A DNA stretch of 63,177 nucleotides, the filler included, from Chiloscyllium plagiosum (lineage: Eukaryota): NCBI RefSeq assembly GCF_004010195.1. It is 4 parts of one record of this genome, joined end to end, with 100 filler letters (N's around TTAATTAATTAA, not from the genome) between each part and the next. Parts side by side here need not be neighbours in the genome. Positions count along the whole stretch, not along the records: positions 1 to 16,958 come from NC_057716.1; 3 more parts are not named here. One strand, given 5' to 3'. The first letter of the stretch is position 1, and each line of letters begins with the position of its first letter. The notes under the pieces were generated by a model. That model was not told where the DNA came from. It searched no databases and was given only the letters and a program-made list of their open reading frames with translations. Positions 1-13,070 of this stretch are shown one piece after another. The position numbers and the translations under genes are program-made.

Positions 1-262
1 TAGTCCTACCTTGTCCCTGCCTGCCCTGACTGTTTGACTCGCTTTTGTTCTCAACTGTATCAGTCTCAGATTGATCTCTTTCCTCACTATCTCCATGGGT
101 CCCACCCCCTCCCCACCTTACTAGTTTAAATCCTCCCAAGCAGCTCTAGCAAATCTCCCTGCCAATTTAGGTGCAACCCGTCCTTCTTGTACAGGTCACT
201 TCTACCCCAAAAGAGATTCCAATGATCCAAAAATGTGAATCCTTCTTCCATACACCAGCTCC
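1..262 (-). mobile_element. CR1/HER1 LINE fragment, ORF1 end / ORF2 start
   Basis: The reverse complement matches the CR1 copy at about 44230-44500. Confidence 0.8.
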
Positions 263-351
263 TTTGCCTAATTTATATGCAGACTGAGGTCACCCAAAAC
301 TACAGGATGGTTCCAGGAATGAGACATTTTAGCTGTAATATTTGCTTAGAG

Positions 352-404
352 GTGATGATGATGATGATAATGATGATGATGATGATGATGATGATGAAGA
401 TGAT
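352..404. repeat. (ATG)n microsatellite
   Basis: Seen directly. It produces the poly-Met and poly-His ORFs. Confidence 0.95.
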
Positions 405-539
405 GCTTGTTTGTGTGCAAACCTGATCCTAATCCTTCCCAAGGTAATCTATTGATAAATTGGGTACTTTTCAGGATAAGAGTGACCACCATTGTGTCTT
501 GCATGAGTTTGTGTGATATACATTGAGTAGGAATCAATG

Positions 540-1572
540 TAGTGTGATAATGTCATACATTCCAAAGACTGGCAACTTGAATTAAACACATATTAGCTCA
601 GCTCTTTGCAACAAGTAAGGTACTGACTATAACCAGCCAGCTCATGAAGGCAAACCTAATAACAGAATGGCTAACATTAGACGTGATTCTCCAAATGAAC
701 AACATTTCTGGATAACCTTGCATGTGTGATGAAATATGCCGACGACCAATTTAGAATTGCCAGTGGGGCCCACAACATGGCATGCTTATGTCTACTAGAT
801 TCTCGCCAACGTGAATGGACTATAATGCAGATGACAAATGGTGGATGCTGTTTGGATAACTGTCTACTGAATGGGTATAGTGATTTTCTGTAGCAATTTT
901 CCATCGCGTGTTTTTCTTTGGAAGAGGTCGCAAATGAACACAACTGTCGCATTATATGAGAACGCACCTGTATTGTACAGACAGAAAGAACGTGTATACA
1001 CAATGCGTCCGTGCCAGCTTAACAAAGTAGATGGCACCAATTTAACTCATCTCTCCAAGCAATCCCCTGACCAATTAGAATCAACCAATCTGGTTTAAAA
1101 TCTAAACAAAGACTGGCTGTTAACTGACAATCGACATTCATGATCTCATGGGTCATGGCAACGCTTGCACCAATCCACTTGCCGACCAATCAGCACTTTC
1201 TTCTCGTGCAGTATAATGCCGAGGTAGGTGGGAGGGGCGGGGGCTTGCTGGGTCTGTATTGTCTGCACTTTTGTATGTAACGGTATTGTCTAATGTATAA
1301 ATGTCATTGTCACTGTCTTGTCACATGTGGAACTGGGATTTGAGGTTTGTCCTCCTCTCCCTGTAAAATGGTTGAACGGTAGGGTTCGGGGCCTAGCTTT
1401 GTTGCTCCTCTCCCTTGTAAAACTGCTGTCTTTTGTGTACAGCTGTCAATGTTTTTTGTAAACTGTTTTGTAATTTGTTTAATAAAATAAAAAAAAAAAT
1501 ATAATGCCGAGGTTTCCTTTGAATTAGCATTCTTGAGTTCCAGCTTTGGCAAATTTTGTCTTTTCAGCAATA
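540..1572 (+). mobile_element. Decayed Penelope-like element, endonuclease C-terminus and 3' region
   Basis: Broken peptides FLDNLACVMKYADDQFRIASGAHNMACLCLL and PVLYRQKE resemble the PLE GIY-YIG C-terminal half. It is interrupted by an insert at 1226-1499. Confidence 0.55.
1226..1499 (+). mobile_element. Poly(A)-tailed retroposed insert (L1/Tx1-like 3' UTR) with 14-bp TSD
   Basis: AATAAA at 1481 followed by an A-tail. TATAATGCCGAGGT is duplicated at 1212-1225 and 1500-1513. Confidence 0.8.
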
Positions 1573-1639
1573 CATAAATAAATCACATTCTTCATTCTTC
1601 AAAAATATAACAACCATGCAGTACACTCTTAATGGGACT

Positions 1640-2037
1640 TTTTTTAATTGGAAAGTAGGAGGCTGAGACATGACCTGAGAGAACTTTATAAAATAATATG
1701 AAGTGTAGATAGAGACAATGGTAGTTGTCTTTTCCCTAAGATAGGGAATTTCAAGAATTGAGGCACATCTTTAAGGTGAGAGGAGAGAGATTTAAAAAAG
1801 ACATGAGGCAATTTTTTTTACACAGAGGGTGGTTTGCATATGAAATATACTTCTTGAGGAAGTGGTGGATGCTGGTATAATTGCAACGTTTAAAAGATAT
1901 TTGGATAAATTCATGAATGGGAAAGGTTTGGAGGGATATGGAACAACAACAGGCAGATGGGACTAGTTTAGTTTGGGATTATGTTTGGCATGGACTGGTT
2001 CGACCGAAGGGCCTGTGTCCGTGCTGTATGACTCTAT
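1640..2037 (+). mobile_element. CR1/HER1 3' end
   Basis: Typical RT C-terminal region and a 3' tail ending ctgtatgactctat. Confidence 0.8.
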
Positions 2038-2585
2038 TACTAAATTTACCATATCATTTTCTGTAATAAAATGTACTTATATTCACTGTACTAGCTGTAG
2101 CTCTGTCTGCTATTCACCTAGTACTTGTGATATGACTATTAAAGGCTTTCATATGGAATAGTTTTCACTTACAAAATACTGCATTTATGCAAAATGTGAA
2201 CTGTTTGTGCAGCCAATGTTCCATTTCTGCCAAAAATTGAATTGATATCTCTGGTGGGGCACACTGACATACTTTCTGTAAATTAGATAGCTGCAGTTCA
2301 AAATAGTGATGACGGATTATCTCAATGGTTTGCTTATTACCGGGAATTGGAACTGACTGATTTAAGCTGCTGCAGTCTTTCAAAACTGCTGTTAGGATCG
2401 GCATCACTGTTCCCTCTAACCTGCTGCCTTGCAAGTGTGGAGGTCTCCTTGGGCCCTGCACAGTCAGCCTCCTTAAATTACACTGCGCGTGGCCATACAT
2501 AAACAAATAAAAGGATCTACACAAAAATAAAACACAAATAGCTATGCAAAATCTTTAAAGGGGGCCAATCACTGAAGGTAACCTT

Positions 2586-2662
2586 ACACGCGCACACACA
2601 CACATACACACATACACACACACATACACACATACACTACACACACACATACACACACACAC
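2586..2662. repeat. (CA)n microsatellite
   Basis: Seen directly. Confidence 0.95.
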
Positions 2663-3801
2663 AGAAGAAAACAATCAATTCAAACCATTCTGCAAGGAAT
2701 GAATCTCACGAGCTTTTGGTTAAAGCCAACACTCGTCACTCTCACACCAAGCAACAAACATGAGGAGAACATAGATTTCTTGTAATTAGGTTTGAGACCT
2801 TCCATTTTTTGTCTTATCTATGTTACACACCTCCTCGTGCCCATCAAGTTAAATGTTCCTCAATATTTTTCCCCACACTCTGGCTTTTTTAATCTCAGAT
2901 TTCTCTCTTAACTCCATCCATCCTTTCTGAACCCACCTTGTCCATGAGAGTCAAATGCTTTCTGCTAAACTGCTGACAACCCAGCTTCTGTACCCGTCTT
3001 CCCAAGCTAAGTGACAGTGAAACTTGCACTTACCCATTTCAAACCCCCATCGTCATCCTTGCTACTTGAAACAACACACTGTTGACATCTCCGTCTTGCC
3101 AGCTCACCTCAAATTTGCTTTTCCCCTCCATGTGCTTCCTTTTCCTAAATCCATGCCTTTCCCTCCAGAAATCTGGATGATTCATTTCCTCCATCATTGT
3201 GTCTACTCTTCATACTAAAAAAGGACCTGCAACAATCTCAACACTTTGGTTAGTTTTCTCCATAAGCAACAGTCCAGAAGTGATATGAATTCAATGGTTC
3301 TATTAATGTGAGTGAATCATAGCCTTCCTGTATTGCTCAGGTAGCCGAATTCTGCTGAGGTATAGGTGGCTTTGACTTTGAACTCACTTTCATTATGAAT
3401 TGCATTGAAGATTTTCAAACTCATTGTAGGTTCCAGTTTTTGACATTCAGCATGCATTAATAAAATGATGGTGCATTAAGTTGCATTAGCCTTAACAGTG
3501 GCAAATCATGAATAAAAGAAATGTGTTATATCAACGAAAAAGCTGCTGTACATGGAGAAATAGGATGAGAGTGAAATTAGACATTGATTACAGCACTAAA
3601 GAAGTGCTAATAAATTGGCAGCTCGTTTTATACAGTGCCTGCGCTTCTCTTCTGCTGTTTTCAGATGGACTGCTTATACACTATTCTCCATCTCCATTAC
3701 CAACCAAGTACAATTTCTCCACACATGTTGCAGTTCACTGTTGCTGTCATTCCCTGATTTTGTACTGGTACTTGTCCACCTTGGCATTGACAAAGATTTA
3801 A

Positions 3802-3944
3802 GTGAGGACTGCAAATGCTGGAGATCAGAGCTGAAAATGTGTTGCTGGAAAAGCAGGAGAAGAAGGGCTCATGCCCGAAACATCGATTCTCCTGCTCCTT
3901 GGATGCTGCCTGACCTGCTGCGCTTTTCCAGCAACACATTTTCA
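3802..3944. mobile_element. Fold-back PLE-derived insert, family A, 18-bp TSD
   Basis: GCATTGACAAAGATTTAA at 3784-3801 and 3945-3962. Inverted arms gctgaaaatgtgttgctggaaaagc / gcttttccagcaacacattttcagc. Confidence 0.8.
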
Positions 3945-3981
3945 GCATTGACAAAGATTTAACCAAGCCTATGTTTAAGGA

Positions 3982-4198
3982 TGATTTGGAAATGCCAGTG
4001 TTGGACTAGGGTGTATGAAGTTAAAAATCACACAACACCAGGTTATAGTCCAACAGGTTTAATTGGAAGCACACTAGCTTTTGGAGCAACGCTCCTTCAT
4101 CAGGTGGTAGTCCTCCTGATGAAGGAGCGTCGCTCCGAAAGCTAGTGTGCTTCCAATTAAACCTGTTGGACTATAACCTGGTGTTGTGTGATTTTTAA
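3982..4198. mobile_element. Fold-back PLE-derived insert, family B, about 85-bp inverted arms, 13-bp TSD
   Basis: CTATGTTTAAGGA at 3969-3981 and 4199-4211. The arms match the 3' tail of the GIY-YIG-bearing PLE at 18227-18342. Confidence 0.85.
4113..4148 (+). ncRNA. Putative minimal hammerhead ribozyme (family B)
   Basis: CUGAUGA-A-GGAGC guc GCUCC-GAAA-GCUA, with palindromic AGCU in place of stem III. Confidence 0.65.
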
Positions 4199-4582
4199 CT
4201 ATGTTTAAGGAGTATTAGTCTGTTCCTCGTTAATCTGCAAACAGAAGAAAGTAACTTCAGTGTTCTTGGTGGTTGCAAACATTTTAATAGCTTCCATTAT
4301 TTGCAACACATGAGCATAAAGTAGGTCATTTGGCCAATTAAGTCTGCTCCACCATTCAAATCATTGGCTGATCTGATGATCCTTAATTCTATTCTCTTGC
4401 CTTTTTCCCATAACCCTTTATTCCCTTACTGAATGGAAACCTGGCTACATCTTAGCCTTTAATACATTAAAAGACTCTGCAGGGATTCCAGAGCTTGACT
4501 TGCCTCTGAGAGAAAAAGTCCCTCCTCATCTTTGCCCTAACTGGGTGACTCTGAGATTACGCCTTTGCCCCCACAAGGAGAA

Positions 4583-4697
4583 GGGCCTGTGCCCGAAACG
4601 TCGAATCTCCTGTTCCCTGGATGCTGCCTGACCTGCTGTGCTGTTCCAGCAATAAAGTTTCAACTTTGATCTCCAGCATCTGCAGACCTCACTTTCT
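4583..4697 (+). mobile_element. PLE family A 3' tail insert, 15-bp TSD
   Basis: CCCCCACAAGGAGAA at 4568-4582 and 4698-4712. It contains gggc..gcccGAAACGTC but lacks the CUGA start. Confidence 0.8.
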
Positions 4698-4760
4698 CCC
4701 CCACAAGGAGAAAATACTTCTCCACAGTTACTCTGCCAAGACCCCCGAAAGTCTTATATA

Positions 4761-5419
4761 CAGAGGAACCTTGATTATCTGAATATCGATTCCTCAAATT
4801 TCAGATTATCCGAAGAAGATTTCAATTTCCCGCAAAAATGCTACATCAAAGAGGTAAGTGAATTCAGATTACCTGTACTGAAGAACATGTGAAAACTCTG
4901 GCAAAAACAAAGAAACACAAGCAGCTCAAGCATCAGCGACTGGGAAGTTTTTAGGTAAGGGTTAGTTACACAGTTCTTTGCTAAAGCAAATGTTTTACAG
5001 TATTCCCATCACTTTACCGGGCTGTTCATGAAAAAAAAAGGCCATGAAAGTAAACACATGCTTGATGCAGTGCTTCTGTCTATCTGTCATAACACTGAGT
5101 TCCTGGAAACGGATGAATGCTCTTGCGACTGTAGAAGCTGTTTGGGACCTTGTTTAATGCTGGGATTTCATATACAGTATTTATGTGATGGTAAGGGTTT
5201 AGTCCTTCTCAGTTTAACCCGTAATTTGCAGAATGCAAAGATTTATTTGTTTGAATAGCAGACTCATTACAATTATGGGTATCAACAAATTCTCCGGTAG
5301 AGCACAGCGTTAAATCAGCATGGCTTCCCTTGTTTAAGGTAAAATCGATTATCTGAATAATCAGTTATCCGAACGAAATAGTGCCCATCCATCTTGTTTG
5401 GATAATCAAGGTTACTCTG
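4761..5419. mobile_element. pogo/Tigger-like non-autonomous DNA transposon
   Basis: Terminal inverted repeats (TIRs) cagaggaaccttgattatc / gataatcaaggttactctg, TA on both sides, and subterminal ttatc(c/t)gaa repeats. Confidence 0.8.
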
Positions 5420-6414
5420 TATTTCGATAAGGTCATGGCTAATTCTTCTAAACTTCATTGGGTACAGTCCTACACAATTTCTCCTCATAGGTCAATCCCT
5501 CCATTCTCAGGGTCAACCTTCTGGCCTGAATGACGAATGATTTATTTATTGTCACTTGCATTTTACTGTGAATAATATGGTGAAATACAGTGACAAGCTC
5601 CACAATCTGTCACCATTTTGAATAGTTGATATTAAAAAGATTGGGAGGTATAACTGAAAGGCATTCCTGAGCTAGTTCACCAGTGATACCTGAGCTTCAC
5701 CCCTCCTCCATTGCCCCGCTGCTGCCTGCACCAGACCTACCAATGGATTTCTATTCTTTAAGTGCCATCTCTTCATCGCTGGGCTCACCTCCTTGCCATT
5801 GCCAGTCCCATGCCGAACTTACACTCTCCCCACAGCCAGGAAACCCTAGCTCCCCTGTTGCACCAGGCTGCTGTTGTCTCACCAAGAATCCACCTCTGGC
5901 CGCTCTCCTCCAGGATGTCACCTTGCTGGAGCTGCCATCTTGAAACGTCTGATGCTGCCAGCCCTGAAGGGCAGAAGGGCGTTCCTGCTGCCACTGCAAT
6001 TAGCGCCTCTAGTTGCCATGAGGAACTGCGTCTGCCACCGCCTCTGACAGCCAGGAGAAAACCAACCCGCTGCGAGAGGTTCCAAAGAAAAGGAAAATGA
6101 AAGAAGAAGATGAAAGAGAAAGAGCAGAAGTAAAAAGAAAGGAGAAAACTGAGAAAGAAAGCATGCAGGAGCAGATGAGCCCCAGGAAGCAGCTCACACA
6201 CAGCACTGCTATTCCACTGCCATCTTGAATCTTTTAGTGAATGCTGCTGCAATGCAAATATATTGTTCCTTAAATACAGAGATCAGTCTTGACAGTATTC
6301 AAAGTGTGATCTGACTATTGCCTTGTGTAGTTTTAGCAAAATGTCCCTATTTTTGTCCTTCATTTTGTTTGAAATAAAAACTAATATTCCATTTGCTGAT
6401 ATTAATTGCTGAAC

Positions 6415-9060
6415 TTAGAATCATGAAATTTACAGGACAGAAGGAGGTCATTTGGCTCATTGAGTCTGTAACAGCTCCCAAAAGAGCTACTGAGCTAATC
6501 TCATTCTCCAGCCCTATCTCTAGCACCCTGTAAATTCATCACCTTCAAATATACATCCAACTCTGCTTTGAATCCTCCTATAGAATCCACTTCCATTATT
6601 CTCCCAGGTGGTGCATTCCAAATTCTAAAATCACTCTGAGTAAAGAAATTTCTCCTCATCTCACTCCTTGCTCTCTTGCTGTCAGTCTTGAAATTGTGGC
6701 CCCTAGTTACTGAATTATCAACTCGTGGAAATTGAATATCTTATTCACCTTGTCAAAATTGTTTATACTTATGAACACCTCAATAAGGTCACCTCTTAAT
6801 CTTCTCCACATCAAGGAGAATAAGCCCAATTTCTCTAATTTTTTTCTTGTATCCAAAATCCCTCATTTTTGATATCATTCTAGTAAATCTCCCTTGTACT
6901 CTCTACAGGGCTTTAACATCCTTTCTTAAATAAGCTACCCAGAACTGACCACAATACTCCAATTGTGGTCTGACCAATAATTTGCAACATCACTTCCTTG
7001 CTTCTATTCTCTGTGCCTTGGTTTACAAACCCAAGCCTTTAAGCCTTAACAACTGCTTCCATTTGCCTAATCACCTTTAGAGAATCATGTACGTGAACCC
7101 TGAGGTCCCTCTGCTCTTGTACTCCTCCACTGAATCTGTATTGTATCTCTATATTTCTTCCACTAAAGTGCATTACCTGACATTTCTCTGCCAAGGGGTC
7201 TGCCCATTCAGCCAACTTATCGACGTCCTTCAACATCACCCTTACAATTCACTATTCTTCCTAGCTTAGTATATTCTGCAAAGTTAGAGATTATGCCCTC
7301 AACAACCATCTCCAAATCATTTTTAATAGATGAGAAAAAGCAAGTGTCTTAACACTGATCCCTGGGGAACACCACTTTCAACTGGTCTCTAGTCTGAGAA
7401 ATACCCATATGCTAGCTTTTTTTGTGAATCATGAACTAAGATCTCTAAATCCTACTGTGCTGCAGATTTATGTAGTCTTTCTCCATGTAAATAATATTCT
7501 GCTTCTCTCTTCTTCCTGCCAATTGCATAATCTCACAGTTTCCAACATTAGTTTCCATCTGCCACATTTTTGCCCACTTGGGTAACCTGTCTCTACAGGC
7601 CCTTTGTGTCATCGTCATCATTTGCCTTCTAATTATTTTTGTGTCATCTGCAAACTTGGCTGCGGTACAGTAACTTTCCAAATCATTAATGTATATTGTA
7701 AATAATTGTGGCCCCAACACCCAGTCTCTATGGCACTCCATTAGTTTCACAGACTGAAAGTTCATCCTTATCCCAACTCTATTCGTTAGACCATAAGACA
7801 TAGGAGCGGAATTAAGTCATTTGGTCAATTGTGTCTGATTCACCATTCAATCATGACTAATATATTTCCTTAAACTCATTCTCCTGCCTTCTCCCTGCAA
7901 TCATTGACCCTTTGTTAATCAAGAACCTGTCTATCTCTGTCTTAAATACAGTCAATGAGTTGGTCTCCAGACCGCAGTGGCAATGAGCTCCACAGATTCA
8001 CCGCCCTCTGGCTGAAGAAATTTCTCCTACTCTCAGTTCTAAAGAGTCGCCTTCACCCTGAGGCTGTGCCCTCAGGTCCTATTCTGTTCTACTATTGGAA
8101 GTACCTTCTCCACATCCACTCGATCCAGGCCTCTCCGTTTCAAACACCACCCTGTGTCATCTCGTTAAACTTCATCAAGGACAGAAATGCTCCTCAGAAA
8201 TGACATTCTCTTCATCCTTGGGATCATTCTTATGAATCTGCTCTGGACCTCCACCAATGTCAGATATGGGGCCAAAAATGCTCATAATATTCCAAACGCA
8301 GACTGACCAGCGCCTTATACAGTATGTGTCTGCTCTTGTATTCTCACCCTCTTGAAATTAATGCCAACATTGCATTTTTTTTCCTAACTGCCACATGAAC
8401 TTGCACGTTAACCTTAAGAGAATCTTGTACTAGGACATCCAAGTTCCTTTGTGCTTCAGATTTCCAAAGCCTTTCCCCATTTAGAAAATACTCTATGTCT
8501 CTGTTCTTCCCACCAAAGTGCATAGCCTCACATTTTCCTACTTTGCATTCCTTCTGCCACTTCTTTGCCCACTCTCCTCACCTGTCCAAGTCCTAATGCA
8601 GTTTCCTCACTTTGTCAAACCTACCTATCTGTGTGTCATCCACAGGTTTAACAAACATGCTGCAGTTCTTTTGTCCTGATTATTAATGTTATGGTGAATA
8701 GTTGTGGTCCAGATACGGACCTCTGTGCAACTCCAATAGTCACCAGCTGCCCTCCTGGAAGGGACCCTTTTATCCCTAATTTGCCAGTTAGCCAATCCTC
8801 TATCCATGCTGGTATCTTATCCCTAACACCACAGTCTCTTATCTTATTCAGCAGCTTCCTATGCAGCATTTTGTCAAAAGCCTTCCAAAATACATTACCC
8901 AATCCTCTATCCATGCTAATATGCTACTGCAGCTCCATTGGCTGTAATTTCATGAAGTTATTGTATTTTATTAAACATCTTCTGGAAATCCAAATATATG
9001 CACCCACTGCTTCTCCTTTATCTATCCTACTTGTTCCCTCCACAAATAAATTTGTCAATG
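6415..9060 (-). mobile_element. Stacked and nested decayed CR1 RT fragments
   Basis: Peptides LGPQLFTIYINDL..KFADDTK and KAFDK; CR1 tails at about 6420 and 7795. Confidence 0.85.
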
Positions 9061-9111
9061 TAATGCTTGTGATTGTGATCCTCCCATGGCATTGATTATG
9101 TTTAGATATAT

Positions 9112-9548
9112 ACAATATGGTATGAAGGGAAGGTCTTACGAAGAGAGGCTGAGGGACTTGAAGCTGTTTTCATTAGAGAGAAGAAGATTGAGAGATGACT
9201 CAATTGAGCCATATAAGATGACCAGAGAGTTAGACAGGGTGGTCAGTGAGAGTCTTTTTCCTTGGATGCTGATGGCTCGCATGAGGGGGCATAGTTTTAA
9301 ATTGAGGGGTGTTAGATAGAGGACAGATGTCAGAGGTAGTTTCTTTACTCAGAGTAGTAGGATCGTGCACTGCCTGCAACTGTAGTAGACTCACCAATTT
9401 TACAGGCATTTAAATGGTCCATTGGATAGACATATGGATGAGAATGGAATAGTGTAAGTTAGATGGGCTTCAGATTAGTTTCACAGGTTGGTGCAACATT
9501 GAGAGCTGAAGGGCCTATACTGCACTGTAATGTTCTATATTCTAATAT
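9112..9548 (+). mobile_element. CR1/HER1 3' end
   Basis: SYEERLRDLKLFSLERRRLRDD...RGHSFKL. Confidence 0.9.
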
Positions 9549-12109
9549 ATGTAAATGCAAATGTTATTTCATATGATTGGCAATATATTGTTCTCCCTCT
9601 GAGATGGAAGTGGACACAAATTTGGAGAAGGTGCTGCTTTAAAATGACAGGGGTATTACATCTTTCGGTGGAGATGGTATTATTCTGAACTTCCTGTGGA
9701 GGACATGATTCCTAAATTACAACAATGAACCAGAATGAAAAGGTCTTGTGCTGTAAAGAAATTTGGAATGTCTTGAGAATGTAAAAGGCACCATCTAAAT
9801 GCAAGTTGTTTTTCTTTTGAAGGCATAGTTGCTGTATGCTTTTGAAATGAACGTCCAGGTTGACTTTGAACCACATTGACATTCTTTCTTAAATTTATAT
9901 ATGTATGTCAATATCGGCTTAATTATTTCATCTTTGAGTTCTATTGTTGTCCTGTCAGAGAAATCTGATGACTGGAATGTGCTGTCAGTTTTGTCTCACA
10001 GGGATGAAGCACAAGCATTTTCAAATTATCTTGCACAAGTATCAGAAGCATGACAACAGTGTGCATAGACATGCTGCTCGAAGTAGGTTTCAGACTGACA
10101 GCTAATAGGAGAGTAAGTCTTGCTGGGAAACTGCAGGAGCAACTCCCTGGCCACTTTCCTACTGCATACAGAAACCATGAGTTGTTTCCACCCCCCCCCC
10201 CCGGTGTGGAGCTTCATTAAGCAGTGAAATCGCCTTTCAACTGGGGTATAATGAGGCAACCCAGGATCTTTGTCTTTTCGATTCTCATTTCCATCCATTA
10301 GCTAGCTCACCCAATTAAATGAACATTATGGGTCCACAGTTTGGAAAGGTTTCTTTAAGGTATCACACATATGCTTTATCACTATCCCACTGATTTTGCA
10401 ATAATTTTAAAACACACAAAACACAGACATCCCATACCTGGTATTATGTACATCTAAAGGGCAATGCTACAAAAAAAATCTACTGCACCTGTCTTCATGG
10501 GCTGTTTTAACCACTGGTAAGGTCTTGGGTGATTAAATGATCAGAAATTCTGAGTGAGGTGAAAGGTTACTCCTTTCCCGTTGATTTTTAGGTTTGACTG
10601 AGGCTGTTCAAACGGAGATCAACTCTCAGAGTCAGGTTGTGTTATGTCAATGGGATAGCAAACTGGATTTAACCTGCTTTCTTGGTTTAATTGTAGCTAG
10701 TTGGATTTCCTGACCCTCCGAATACACCAAGGACAGAATAAGGGAGAAGACCAGTACCTCTACAGCATTGAAGAGGCAGCCAGCAACACTTTTGGGAACA
10801 GCCACACCCACCCTCCCCCATCCACCAGGTCTCTTAGTGCTGAGGTTCAGACCGTCACTGACAACTGGGACCAGAGCAGTCTACCCACCCTTGGGTCAGT
10901 AACCCGAACCCAACTGCCCCTGAGTTTGTTGGGAGTCAGCTTCCGTCAGCTTGTGGTCTCTTCTGACGTTTTCCCTGCCTGACTGAAAGCCAAGCCAGTC
11001 CACAAGGGTGACGTCCAAGCAAGGATGCTGTCAGAGACAAACATTTTAACTTAAAGTCCAGCCTTTTTGGCTTTCCTTGCACTAACAGACCACCTTTTCC
11101 TTCCTGTCCCCAGCACATCAGTAAATAAACATTCCTCCATTTGATCTATCCAGTTTACCTAAATAAGAAAACTGGGTTTTGATATTTTGACTATTATGCC
11201 AAGGGAAAAAATAATTCCTTTCTGCACTTCTTTTAATCTGAACTAAGTAACCATCTGGGGACTTACCTCTGAGTGCAGGTGAAGAGCAAATGAGGCCTGA
11301 ATCTGCTCACAAAACCGGTTTACATTAAAATGTCATTGCCTAGTCCTGAATTAGGGTCTTTGTGAGCTGTTTGGTGTACAAATTAACTATTTATTGTGTA
11401 CAAATAATCAAGAAAGGAGTCATGTTACAACTTACGTTGTTATTGTAAGTTTCAAATTAATGGTAGCTCACTCCAGGCTGATACAGGGAAGCAGTACATT
11501 ACAAAATGCTTGGCTAAAATCTGGAAATCCCTCTCTCCCAAAGGCTATGAAAGCTTTAAAAAAAAATGAAGATTTAATATACACTTATTAGATAAAAGTA
11601 TAAAATACAATTAGACTAAAGCTGGTAAATGAAGTAGAGAAACAGATCAGTAATGATCTTATTGAATTGCAGAACAGATTTGAGGGGCTGAATGATCTAT
11701 TGCGCTATCTTAGGCATTTAACAGTCTTCATTAGTTGCAAGTTAAAATTAAAATTTGTGTATATTAGCTTAATTAGTTAAGAATTATCTCGCTGATGAAT
11801 AGGAAATTAATTTTGAGGGTTGTTTATCAAAATGAAAAGCAAAAGGTGACGCAAGCAATTTTGTGTCTGACAGTACATTAGTAAATCAGGATATTGAGAG
11901 TTAGCTAGAATTTGAGATTAGAAGTTAATGAGGTTTTAAGTTAATTCCTCAAACATCTAACAGGTTAACTGTAGCAGGTCCATCAAATTGCCGTGTGTAT
12001 GGGTGTGAGAATCAGGCATGTTATCTTTGAAATGTCCTTGTGCATGGATGACCCTTCAGCATCTTATTGATTTGTTTGGAAGCAGACTTGTGGAGTCAGC
12101 GTGCATATT

Positions 12110-13070
12110 CATAAGTGTACTTCTACTGTGTTCAAGCCTTGAGCCATTGGGAATTTTCTTAAAGCTTATTATTTCATAGGCCAGCATTTGTTGAATGTCC
12201 CAATGTTGAGAAAATTTTGAAGTGAACACCTTTCTTGACATGCTGCAGTCTGTCTGATGTAGGTACATAAACAGTGCTGTTATGGAGGGAGTTCCAGGTC
12301 CCTGGCCCAGTGACAATGGCATAATGGTAAAATAGTTCCAAGTCAGTACAGAGTGTGGCTTAGAAAGGAACTTGCAGCTCGTGGTCTTCTTGTGTATCTG
12401 TCTGCCTTACCCCTGGAGGTCACATGTTTGGAATGCTCTGTCAAAGAAAGCTTGATGAAGCACTGAAGCACATCATGTATATGGTACACACAACTGCCAC
12501 TGTCTGCAGTGGTAGAGGAAGAGAATATTGAAAGTGGTGAATGTGAGGGCCTCTCAAACAATCTGCATTATCTTAGAGAAACTACTGATGCTGGAGATCA
12601 GAGTCAAACAGTGTGGCGGTGGAAAAGCATAACTAGTCAGGCATCATCCGAGGAGCAGGAGACTTGACATTTCGAGCATAAGCTCTTTATCAGACTTCCG
12701 GATGAAGAGCTTATGTTCGAAACGTTGACTCTCCTGCACCTCGGATGCTGCCTAACCGGCTGTGCTTTTCCAGCACCATACTTTCTGACTCTGCTTTATC
12801 TCAGATGTGTTTCTTGAGTGTTGTTGGGTTGTATTCATCCAGGCAAATGCAGAGTCTAGTGTCACATTCCTAGCTTGTTCCTTGTAGATGATGAACAGGC
12901 TTTGGTGAGTCAGCAGGTGAAGTACCCAATATAGAATTCCCAGCCTCTGAAATTCTCCAGTTGCCACAGTATTTATGGTATTTCTAGAGTACTGACAGTG
13001 GGCATTCAGTGATGGTAATGGCATTAAAGATCAAAAGAAGTTTATCATTGCCTGATACTTGTGTGGCAGA
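12110..13070 (-). mobile_element. Second CR1/L2-group LINE family, 3' part
   Basis: The reverse complement resembles 23200-23640 and 29150-29520. Confidence 0.6.
12578..12789. mobile_element. Older fold-back PLE family A insert
   Basis: Inverted arms around 12695. Degenerate TSD tctgcattatcttaga (12562-12577) / tctgctttatctcaga (12790-12805). Confidence 0.75.

Larger units (their letters stand above)
4305..5520 (-). mobile_element. Decayed CR1 3' end hosting two younger inserts
   Basis: CR1 tail similarity on the minus strand. It appears to resume at about 6230-6410. Confidence 0.65.

Noticed and set aside
235..537. Poly-Met and poly-His ORFs
   Set aside because: Translation of an (ATG)n microsatellite.
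3784..4712. Short direct repeats with spacers, superficially CRISPR-like
   Set aside because: Each repeat occurs only as a pair flanking a TE, so they are TSDs. The DNA is eukaryotic with no cas genes.
6012..6026. RFX X-box-like GTTGCCATGAGGAAC, relevant to ciliary genes
   Set aside because: Imperfect, inside a repeat and far from any promoter; expected by chance.
5683..6252. Cluster of overlapping GC-rich ORFs
   Set aside because: No domain is recognisable. It lies within an insertion interrupting a CR1, so it is probably an unclassified repeat.
11262..11320. Consensus minus-strand donor AG|GTAAGT
   Set aside because: The upstream sequence does not translate to dynein or anything I recognise.
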